Source: a virus. Taken from it: DNA of 64,000 nt. Within the stretch, counting starts at the first letter, position 1. The number at the start of each line of letters is the position of its first letter. The position numbers and the translations under genes were made by a program. Location: the IMG/VR virus record IMGVR_UViG_3300045988_126562; one strand, written 5' to 3'. Below, piece by piece: positions 16,487-24,203 of this stretch. Under the pieces are notes generated by a model. That model worked only from the letters and a program-made list of their open reading frames with translations. It was not told the origin of the DNA and did no database searches.

Positions 16487-17269
16487 ATGTTAAGAAGAAG
16501 TATTAATAATAAAAGAGAGAAACAATTATTTATTAAGAGATTTTATCCTGCTGGCATATATACTTGGACTGTTCCTGCTGGATGCGAAGAAGTTGATGTA
16601 TTCCTTGTTGGAGGAGGTGGAGGCAGTGGAAACGGTTCAGGAGCGGGAAGTGGGTATACCAAAACATTTAAAAAGGATTCCATAGGAGTAAAACAAGGAA
16701 ACCAAGTTTCAGTTGTTCCAGGTCAATCTATCGAGATTATAGTAGGAAAAGGAGGAGAAGGGTTATATCATGGGTATCCAGACACAGGAGGATATTCTCA
16801 ATTTATGAACTCTAATTATAGAGCTAATGGAGGAAACCCTTCAGGCAATGGACTACTTAATGGAGAAAATTCAACTGGAGGTCCTTATACTGGTGGGAAT
16901 GGTGGTAGTGGAGGATCTGTAGATCAATTAGGAGATGAATTTTATGCTGGATCAGATGGATCTGATGCACCTGGAATAACGGATGACAATGGAGTATATC
17001 ATCAACCTGGAACAAAATATGGAGGAGGAAAAGGTCAAGGATATACAACTAGAGATTTCGGTGAACCAACAGGTAAAAGAAATGCTGGTGGCGGAGGAGC
17101 TGATAGAAATAGAGATAATGGAAATGGAGGCGAATCTGATTATGATGAAGGATGTGGTACTGGTCGAGGTACTAGAAAAAGTGGAGGATATGGCGGAGGA
17201 GGTTGCGGCTCCTATGGAACTGGAGGAGATGGAACAGTGCTAATTAGATATTATGCTTATAAAGAATAA
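16487..17269 (+). CDS. fibre-cassette member C: glycine-rich domain protein
   Basis: N-terminus MLRRSINNKREKQL. ..WTVPAGCEEVDVFLVGGGGGSGNGSGAGSG.. and a C-terminus GGDGTVLIRYYAYKE make it a paralogue of the previous gene. Confidence 0.75.
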   Translation: MLRRSINNKREKQLFIKRFYPAGIYTWTVPAGCEEVDVFLVGGGGGSGNGSGAGSGYTKTFKKDSIGVKQGNQVSVVPGQSIEIIVGKGGEGLYHGYPDTGGYSQFMNSNYRANGGNPSGNGLLNGENSTGGPYTGGNGGSGGSVDQLGDEFYAGSDGSDAPGITDDNGVYHQPGTKYGGGKGQGYTTRDFGEPTGKRNAGGGGADRNRDNGNGGESDYDEGCGTGRGTRKSGGYGGGGCGSYGTGGDGTVLIRYYAYKE

Positions 17270-17294
17270 ATTAACCACAATGATGATAAATAGA

Positions 17295-17303
17295 GGGGGG
17301 GGG
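17295..17303 (+). repeat. intergenic G9 homopolymer
   Basis: tagaGGGGGGGGGcat, followed by catcaataagactCCC. It lies 32 nt upstream of the ATG at 17335. Confidence 0.95.
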
Positions 17304-17334
17304 CATCAATAAGACTCCCAACAAAAAATATTTT

Positions 17335-17997
17335 ATGTTAAGAAGATGTTTAGGAAGTAAAAAATTAGAATATACTCTTAATACAAATCAGGGTACACCT
17401 GATGTTTATGTAAATGGAGTATATAAAGGTACTGTAAGTAATGGAGTTTGTAAGTGGAAAGATTCCGAATATAAAACTGATGTAACAATTACCCTTCAAA
17501 ATTGTACAGCAGGCAATACTTATCAATCTAGTCAAAATGCAGATGCATGGATCTCTGTAGATGGAGGAACTCCATATTATGATACACAATTTAAGAAAAT
17601 AACATATACTGAAGAAGGATCACATACTGTACAAGCATTATGGGGAACAGCTTACTATAATAATGTACAAAGTATAAATAGTACTGGAACTTTAAAAGCA
17701 GGAAATACTTCTTTAACTATGAATTATAATGTATCATCCTCTTATTTAAGATTTGAACAAAGAAGCGACTCCTTACCAGTTACTTGGGAATATAGCGGAG
17801 AAGATCAATCTTCCAATCATTGGAATGAAAAACTATGCACATTTAGTTCTTCTGGAGATACTTTATATTTTACCATAGATAATAACACTGGAGAAACTTG
17901 GGCTTCGGGATCATATGAAGCATGCGCTGTACCCAATGAAACAGGCTTACATACTGCCTATGTAGATGTAATCTTAAAAAATATAAGAAATTACTAA
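17335..17997 (+). CDS. fibre-cassette member D (shares N-terminal leader and first domain with member A)
   Basis: MLRRCLGSKKLEYTLNTNQGTPDVYVNGVYKGTVSNG aligns with member A's MLRKRTL*NKKKSTYTVYSNCNGGSVYFNNNLVGTISSG. Confidence 0.65.
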   Translation: MLRRCLGSKKLEYTLNTNQGTPDVYVNGVYKGTVSNGVCKWKDSEYKTDVTITLQNCTAGNTYQSSQNADAWISVDGGTPYYDTQFKKITYTEEGSHTVQALWGTAYYNNVQSINSTGTLKAGNTSLTMNYNVSSSYLRFEQRSDSLPVTWEYSGEDQSSNHWNEKLCTFSSSGDTLYFTIDNNTGETWASGSYEACAVPNETGLHTAYVDVILKNIRNY

Positions 17998-18086
17998 TGA
18001 GGTAAAAGTATCCATAATTTTCAAACTACAACTATCAATAAAAAATTTTTTAAAAAAAGTTAATAATTTTCTTGCAGGTATAAAAT

Positions 18087-18159
18087 TTTTGTCGTACCTT
18101 TAAATGAGAAAGTAGTGATACTTTATTCATTTCTGTAATGTGCAATTTTCACGACAAAA
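18087..18159 (+). promoter_or_regulatory. 9-bp inverted repeat pair enclosing a small hairpin, in a 240-nt intergenic region
   Basis: ttttgtcgt (18087-18095) is the reverse complement of acgacaaaa (18151-18159). An inner hairpin aaagta-gtga-tacttt lies at 18109-18124. The palindrome ttacgcgtaa (18176-18185) follows. Confidence 0.35.
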
Positions 18160-18237
18160 TTAGAGAAATTTATTTTTACGCGTAAGATTTATTATCTCTT
18201 TAGATTTTTTGATAAATTTTAATTTTTATTTATTATC

Positions 18238-19065
18238 ATGGCAGAATTTTTAACAATGGAAGAAGCCGAAGATAAATTCGGTAAGAAAGGTACGGCTAGA
18301 GCAGGTTTAACACTGGGTATCATTGGTACAGCTCTTGCAGCTCTTGGTAACAACAATGGATGTGGTTGTGGAGGCAATGGCATTCTTGGTGGACTATTTG
18401 GAGGAAACAACAACGGTTGTGCTATGCAAGCAGCTGAACAAGCTAAAACATTAGCTATGGCTCAGGGACAAATGGCTGATAACTTATCTTGGGCTAACAG
18501 AGTTCAGTCTTTACAAGATGATGTAGATTTATATACTTATATAAATGCTACTAATCAGAAACTTGGAAATGAAGTACAGGTTTTAACTAATCAAATCTGG
18601 AATGACAGAGTACAAGATTTAAAAGACAAGAGCGGAATGTATGTTGATCTTCTAACTAGAGACAATGCACAGAATCTTAGATTATGTGATGAACTTTATA
18701 AGAGGAGAGAACAAGATGTTCAAGAAAAAACAGACATTTTTGAAAGATTGAGTACTAGAATCAATGAACTTGAAAAGAGAGAAGCCGCTACTAGTGCTGC
18801 TATTCCTCTGATGTTTGAACTTACTCAGGTTAAGGCTAACAAGTACACTGACGACTGCTGCTGCAAGGCTGAAAAACAGAATCTTATTTCTGATGCTTAT
18901 CTACAAAGGCAAATAGATCATAAGATAGACGGAGAATTAAAATATGCTTATAGTAATTTATGCGCTCCTGTTCCAAGTATCTCTCCTTTGTATTGCACAC
19001 CTTTCACTTCAGTTGGTAGTGGAACTACTTGGACTGGTTGCTGCGGGTCTAACCAAAACTTATAA
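18238..19065 (+). CDS. hypothetical coiled-coil protein with a hydrophobic Gly/Cys-rich N-terminus and a C-terminal Cys cluster
   Basis: AGLTLGIIGTALAALGNNNGCGCGGNGILGGLFGGNNNGC, then predicted coiled coil, then DDCCCKAE and ..TWTGCCGSNQNL at the end. Confidence 0.55.
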   Translation: MAEFLTMEEAEDKFGKKGTARAGLTLGIIGTALAALGNNNGCGCGGNGILGGLFGGNNNGCAMQAAEQAKTLAMAQGQMADNLSWANRVQSLQDDVDLYTYINATNQKLGNEVQVLTNQIWNDRVQDLKDKSGMYVDLLTRDNAQNLRLCDELYKRREQDVQEKTDIFERLSTRINELEKREAATSAAIPLMFELTQVKANKYTDDCCCKAEKQNLISDAYLQRQIDHKIDGELKYAYSNLCAPVPSISPLYCTPFTSVGSGTTWTGCCGSNQNL

Positions 19066-19073
19066 TAATAAAC

Positions 19074-19529
19074 ATGGCTTGTAACTGTTGCAATAACAGG
19101 AGACGCTCAACGCCTGGTTATACCCTTGTAGAAAATAGTACAGCTCAAACATGGGCTGCTACTGGAGGATTATTACAGCCTGGATTTGTTTTAGAACATT
19201 CCAGTGCTGATAATATCTCCATTTCTGGAAGCTCGTTATCTGTTGAAAATACTGGAACTTACTACATAGATGTTAAAGTAACTGGTACTCCAGCTACAGC
19301 ATCTGCAACAGTAATTCCAACTATTAATATAAACGGGATTCCTGTAGCCAGCGATCCTAGAACTGGAGGAGCCACTCCTATAGTAGAGGAATTTGGAGTA
19401 AGAACCATAGAGTTCTTAAAGAAAGGAGATATAATTACTATTTCTAACACTGGAGCTTCTGCATTAACAATAACAGGAGTTACTTCTCCAGGATATAATG
19501 TTAGTATAGTTATAGAAAGATTTAATTGA
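19074..19529 (+). CDS. small C1q/TNF-like (BclA C-terminal-domain-like) jelly-roll protein with an N-terminal Cys cluster
   Basis: MACNCCNNRRRS is followed by ..ENTGTYYIDVKVTG..ININGIPVAS..KKGDIITISNTG..SIVIERFN. This matches the TG.Y.I...vNG.pv...i.IE+ pattern of BclA-CTD/C1q knobs. Confidence 0.5.
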   Translation: MACNCCNNRRRSTPGYTLVENSTAQTWAATGGLLQPGFVLEHSSADNISISGSSLSVENTGTYYIDVKVTGTPATASATVIPTININGIPVASDPRTGGATPIVEEFGVRTIEFLKKGDIITISNTGASALTITGVTSPGYNVSIVIERFN

Positions 19530-19544
19530 TAAAGCTAAAGAGTA

Positions 19545-19976
19545 ATGTTTGAAAACCCTTTCGGAACTAATCTTCAAGATTTACAACAGAACTATTATCA
19601 ACAGTTAGCTGCAATGCAGCAGATGCAACAAAAACAAGGTAGTAGTTCTATCTTAGAAGAAATAAATAAGGTTGTTTCCGGTATGAGTTCTGACGAACAA
19701 GCAATGATGTCAGAATCTCCAGAATATATCATGGCAAAACAAACTTATGAAGCAGGATTTATGGGATTCTTAGGTCAAAAATTCTCTCAAGAATATGTGA
19801 ATACTCAAGAGGGGAAAACTGCTGCAAATAATCTTCTTAACTCAATTAAGAGGATTAAGGATAAAGTAAGTGAGGATTTAAAAGCCAAACAAAAGAAAGT
19901 TGATGAGCTAATTCACTTACTTGAAAATGACCCAGAACTAAAGAAGAGATATGAAGAATTATCAATTGGCAAATAG
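19545..19976 (+). CDS. hypothetical protein (Q-rich N-terminus)
   Basis: 143-aa ORF ending in TAG, with no recognisable family. Confidence 0.5.
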   Translation: MFENPFGTNLQDLQQNYYQQLAAMQQMQQKQGSSSILEEINKVVSGMSSDEQAMMSESPEYIMAKQTYEAGFMGFLGQKFSQEYVNTQEGKTAANNLLNSIKRIKDKVSEDLKAKQKKVDELIHLLENDPELKKRYEELSIGK

Positions 19977-19981
19977 TTATT

Positions 19982-20302
19982 ATGGTAAGTGACAAAGAAT
20001 TATTAATCCAAGTAGTTGAAAAATATATTAAAGGTATAGCTTCCAACTTCTTTGGTTTTTCCACACTTCCAGCTCAAACGGTTGTAACCTATGTAGTTCG
20101 GAATTGGGTGGACAAACACAATGGAATGATAGATTTATTCGTAGACAAAGATGGAAATATTAATGCACCCTTAATAGCAGATGCACTTAAATCTGAACTA
20201 AAAGCAAGAGGAGGATTTACTATTGGTAGGGTGAAGTTTAGTGATTCAGATGTAGACGAGTTATTGACAGCGTTCAATCAAGCGAAACAAAAGAATAGGT
20301 AA
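19982..20302 (+). CDS. hypothetical protein
   Basis: 106-aa ORF followed directly by a strong terminator. Confidence 0.5.
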   Translation: MVSDKELLIQVVEKYIKGIASNFFGFSTLPAQTVVTYVVRNWVDKHNGMIDLFVDKDGNINAPLIADALKSELKARGGFTIGRVKFSDSDVDELLTAFNQAKQKNR

Positions 20303-20308
20303 ATAAGA

Positions 20309-20350
20309 AATACCACTGGCATGTTTGTGTCAGTGGTATTGTCGTTTTTA
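20309..20350 (+). terminator. rho-independent terminator
   Basis: aataccactg (20309-20318) pairs with cagtggtatt (20331-20340), giving a 10-bp stem followed by gtcgttttta. Confidence 0.7.
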
Positions 20351-20414
20351 TAGGTGTCTTTAACTTAAATTAACTTAATAGATTATTAGTTCTTTACATA
20401 AAATCTATATATTT

Positions 20415-20798
20415 ATGGAATTACTATTAAAAAGGATTTTTAAAGGACCTCAATATACTATAGGCAAACTTTATATAAATGGTAAATACTTCTGTGATAC
20501 CCTAGAGGATGTTGTTAGAGAAACTAAGATACCTAATGAAACCGCTATACCGCCTGGTACGTATAAAGTAATAGTTAATATGTCTCCTAGATTTAAAAGA
20601 CTTTTACCCAGACTTTTAAATGTTCCAGGATTTGATGGAATCCTTATACACAGAGGAAATACCCCATCTGATACATCTGGATGTATATTAGTTGGAGAAA
20701 ATAAAGTAAAAGGGAAAGTAATAAACTCTACTCCATATGAAAAAAAGCTAGTAGAGATTTTAAAAGATGAAAATGATATATCTATAACCATAGAGTGA
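20415..20798 (+). CDS. DUF5675-like / YkuD-like (His..Ser-Gly-Cys) small protein, candidate cell-wall-active enzyme
   Basis: TIGKLYINGKYFCDTLED..AIPPGTYKV..LLNVPGFDGILIHRGNTPSDTSGCILVG matches my recollection of the DUF5675 family. The H-x11-SGC spacing resembles the L,D-transpeptidase-fold catalytic motif. Confidence 0.55.
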   Translation: MELLLKRIFKGPQYTIGKLYINGKYFCDTLEDVVRETKIPNETAIPPGTYKVIVNMSPRFKRLLPRLLNVPGFDGILIHRGNTPSDTSGCILVGENKVKGKVINSTPYEKKLVEILKDENDISITIE

Positions 20799-20799
20799 T

Positions 20800-23700
20800 A
20801 TGAGCAAGGAGTTAGCTAGGTCAGCTAGGGCACTGGGGAGGGACATGAATTTTTTTGGATCTAAAGAAAAAGATTTCGTGATCCAAACCAAAGGGAGAGT
20901 TAAAATTAATTTTGGAGACAAGTTTATAGAACTATTCAATGGTAGTAAGTTTACAGTCGGCAATAGTGACGCCATAAAAACTACTAACGGAGAACCTTCT
21001 TCAACTGATTCTGATGGATTCTATTTTGATGAGAATACTGGAACTTTGTATTTAAAAATAGGAGATAAAGTATACGAAATATTTTCTAATGCTAAATTGA
21101 AAGATGGCTTTATTTCTTACAAAGAAGAACAGTCATTGAACGGCAATGAACAAGTTTTAGCCAAAGAAAATATAGGTTCCATATTTAATACGCCAGAGGA
21201 AGCAAAAAGTAGTGGTGGATCTGGGGTAGTATATATAAAGAATGAAAACAAGGCATATATACTGCAAAATGGAATTTTATATCCTATAACAAATAATACT
21301 GAAATAAATATAGGAGGGGATTCAGAAGGCGATGATAGTTATTATTTCGATAAAACTGTTACTATAGATATAGACGATGAAGGTATAGCTCTAATAATAG
21401 AAGGTCTAAGAAAATATATTAGAGTAGGCACGGAAGACAACCATACAGATATATATCAAACTGAAGAGGGGGGAATAATAAATTCTGATAAGTCTTTAAC
21501 CATTCAAATAGGTGGAAAAAATATAATAAATATAACTAATGGTAAAGTAGACTTTAATTCCATCATAAAAGCTTTGAAAGGCATTATTACCGACGAAATA
21601 TATTCTTCTAATTATCAAAAAGGAGATCCTAGTATAGGAGAAGGTTCAGGATGGGGTATATGGATAGATAAAGAAACAGGAGAATCTTATTTACAAGTAG
21701 ATAATATATTAACTAAATCTAATAACCCTCCTGTATTTTTAAGATATCAACAAGCATTGGATATATTAAAGTCTGGAGATATAGTTCCATCAAAAATATA
21801 TGTTATAATAGATTATCAGAATGAGTGGGAAATAACCCCTGTAGAAGAAATATATGGAGAAAAATATCCAAAGGAGGGATTTGACCCAGAGAATGATTCA
21901 GAAAACCCAGATGCCTATGAAGAAGATGCTGTTAATCCAGATCCCTTATTTGGCATAGATAGGAATGTTAGACCGTTAATTTTAGAAGGAAAATCCTCCA
22001 AATCGTTCCATGATACTGTACAATACTACTATAAAGAAGATTCAGATAGTATATTAGATATGAGATATGATATTAAAGAAGATAATTACTCCATAATAGA
22101 GAAAGAATTTGATGATGAAAATTTTGATATATCTGATACTTTCCTAGAATTTCCTAATAAGGGAAGAATATATTATGCAAGAGATTCCTGGAATAATGAA
22201 GCCCCATGTGACTTTAAACACTTTACCAACGCAGATGGTAAATATGTTTTTACTTCTCCAGATGGTAAAGATTTATCCTCTATGAATACTGTAGACTCTA
22301 TAGTTTGCTCAAATAATAAAATATTAGATGTAACTATTAGAATATCTGACAGTATAAATCCTATGATAATTACAGGTAAAAGGATAAATAGTAATACTGT
22401 CGGGGGATCGTTTGAAAATGTTTCAATAGGAGACAAAGACTCCATTATAGAATACAATTACTTCAATGGAGAAATAAAAAACTGTAATTTTACTGGAACA
22501 TTTACTAATAACTCTATAGGTTGTTTAATGGATTCCTGTGAATTTAAAAAGGATGTTATCAATAATGAATTTAATAAAGATATAAAAAAATGTACCTTTA
22601 ATGAAGAAGTTAAAGATAATGTATTTGATATGTCTATGGAGGAATGTATATTTGGAAAAATCTATAGTAATCAGCTTACAGGCTCAATGAAAAAATGTGA
22701 AACTTATAATAAAGAAAATCCTGCTGAATTTAGAGAGAATCAAATGATGGGAGATTTTTCCGAATGTAAGTGGTTAGGGAATGTTTACAGTAATGATATG
22801 AAAGTAGACACAGTAAATAAATGTATTTTTAAGAAAGATATGTTCGGCAATCAAATAGCATCTAGTCTGTGGGAAGAAAATACATTTGAGGATACTCTAA
22901 AATTTAATGTATTTCAAGCTGATGTAGTTAAATTTCTGGTAGAGGGATTACTCAATAATAACCAATTTATAGGCAGAATCAATGACGTTTCATTCTTTAA
23001 AGATTTATCAAACAAAGATTATGGTATAAATAATAATATAATAAATGGAACATTTGATACCTGTAAAATTTATGTAGATTTTAGTCACAATACTATAACA
23101 GGCCCTATATACCTTCTAACAGCTAATGTAGGAGAAACATATATAGAAAGTACATGTCAATTTAACTATAACGATATAAAAGCTGCTTCTATACACACTA
23201 TAACTACAAATGGAGACTTTAGAAGAAATAATATAAAAGCTCAATATTTTGGATTATGCACTTTTAATAATGTATTTGAATGCAATAACTTATCATATTA
23301 TAATATGAGAAGTGCAACATATAATAAGATGGTAGGATGTAGTGGCAGCGGAGACACTTTTATAGGAACATTTGCTTCGGAATTTATAAATTGTGAATTC
23401 GGAAACATATCAAATTGTACTTTTAGAGAATCTCCAATTAAATTTGCTAAATTTAGAAACAATTTCTCTGGGCAAAATTTTGATTCTAATACTAATATAC
23501 AGGATCTAGAAAAACTATATAATGATAAGCATCAGGTTGATGTATTTTTTCATAATAATAAAATAGTAGTTTCTTGTCAGGCTTGTAATGAACCATTGAA
23601 AGGAGAAATTAAAATGTTTAATGGTTTAGCTTCTGATATACCAGAAGGATGGCATATATGTGATGGTACAGAAGGAACTCCTGATCTAACTGATAAATTT

Positions 23701-24075
23701 ATTAAAGCATCCACTACAGCAGGTCAAACAGGAGGAGCAGAGGGAGGAGAAGTAACTTTGGAAAGTGGTAATATTCCATCGCACGAACATAGTATTACAT
23801 TTGATCCTTCTGGATTATCTACTAAGAAATTTATGACTGCTGATAAATATATGGAATTTGTGGTAGATGAAGGAGGAGATCATCACTACTGTATGTGGAC
23901 TGGAGAAAGAGAAGGAGACAATGAACCAGGATATGAATATATAGGTATTAGAGATACCTTCACTACAGCATTTAATAGCGCCAAAGTAGGAGCTAGTTCT
24001 TCTGGTGGAGGTAGTACTACTCCTATTAATATAGAACCTCCTTATTATACTCTAATATTTATTATGAAATTGTAA
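20800..24075 (+). CDS. large tail fibre/spike protein with a C-terminal phage tail-collar domain
   Basis: GEIKMFNGLASDIPEGWHICDGTEGTPDLTDKFIKAS..GQTGGAEGGEVTLESGNIPSHEH is the classic tail-collar motif (P.GW..CDG..GTPDL...F......GG....L....P.H.H). The central region has many Cys-aromatic repeat units suggesting a beta-helix. Confidence 0.8.
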   Translation: MSKELARSARALGRDMNFFGSKEKDFVIQTKGRVKINFGDKFIELFNGSKFTVGNSDAIKTTNGEPSSTDSDGFYFDENTGTLYLKIGDKVYEIFSNAKLKDGFISYKEEQSLNGNEQVLAKENIGSIFNTPEEAKSSGGSGVVYIKNENKAYILQNGILYPITNNTEINIGGDSEGDDSYYFDKTVTIDIDDEGIALIIEGLRKYIRVGTEDNHTDIYQTEEGGIINSDKSLTIQIGGKNIINITNGKVDFNSIIKALKGIITDEIYSSNYQKGDPSIGEGSGWGIWIDKETGESYLQVDNILTKSNNPPVFLRYQQALDILKSGDIVPSKIYVIIDYQNEWEITPVEEIYGEKYPKEGFDPENDSENPDAYEEDAVNPDPLFGIDRNVRPLILEGKSSKSFHDTVQYYYKEDSDSILDMRYDIKEDNYSIIEKEFDDENFDISDTFLEFPNKGRIYYARDSWNNEAPCDFKHFTNADGKYVFTSPDGKDLSSMNTVDSIVCSNNKILDVTIRISDSINPMIITGKRINSNTVGGSFENVSIGDKDSIIEYNYFNGEIKNCNFTGTFTNNSIGCLMDSCEFKKDVINNEFNKDIKKCTFNEEVKDNVFDMSMEECIFGKIYSNQLTGSMKKCETYNKENPAEFRENQMMGDFSECKWLGNVYSNDMKVDTVNKCIFKKDMFGNQIASSLWEENTFEDTLKFNVFQADVVKFLVEGLLNNNQFIGRINDVSFFKDLSNKDYGINNNIINGTFDTCKIYVDFSHNTITGPIYLLTANVGETYIESTCQFNYNDIKAASIHTITTNGDFRRNNIKAQYFGLCTFNNVFECNNLSYYNMRSATYNKMVGCSGSGDTFIGTFASEFINCEFGNISNCTFRESPIKFAKFRNNFSGQNFDSNTNIQDLEKLYNDKHQVDVFFHNNKIVVSCQACNEPLKGEIKMFNGLASDIPEGWHICDGTEGTPDLTDKFIKASTTAGQTGGAEGGEVTLESGNIPSHEHSITFDPSGLSTKKFMTADKYMEFVVDEGGDHHYCMWTGEREGDNEPGYEYIGIRDTFTTAFNSAKVGASSSGGGSTTPINIEPPYYTLIFIMKL

Positions 24076-24148
24076 AAACGTATTCAAGGTAAAATTATTT
24101 AATTAAATGCCTTATATGCTATCATTTACAAAAATATATAATAAGGAT

Positions 24149-24179
24149 TTTGATAAGCTATTAAATATGATTAACTTTG
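24149..24179 (+). promoter_or_regulatory. Bacteroidota-type promoter (-33 TTTG, -7 TAnnTTTG)
   Basis: TTTG at 24149-24152, a 19-nt spacer, then TAACTTTG at 24172-24179, ending 24 nt upstream of the ATG at 24204. Confidence 0.45.
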
Positions 24180-24203
24180 CAAATAACTTTAAAAGGGAAT
24201 AAT

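Noticed and set aside
16857-17243. ORFs 16857..17048 (-) and 16983..17243 (+) inside the second glycine-rich gene.
   Set aside because: They are alternative-frame readings of GGN-rich codons (E/M-rich or H/L-rich nonsense). The main frame has clear paralogy with the neighbouring gene.
17998-18237. A tRNA or other known RNA gene in the longest intergenic region, and CRISPR arrays anywhere in the window.
   Set aside because: There is no cloverleaf-compatible sequence or T-loop-like GTTCGAATC motif, and no regularly spaced direct repeats anywhere in the window.
24097-24108. AT-only palindromes such as atttaattaaat in intergenic DNA.
   Set aside because: They are expected by chance in DNA this AT-rich, and no G/C core or conservation supports a function.
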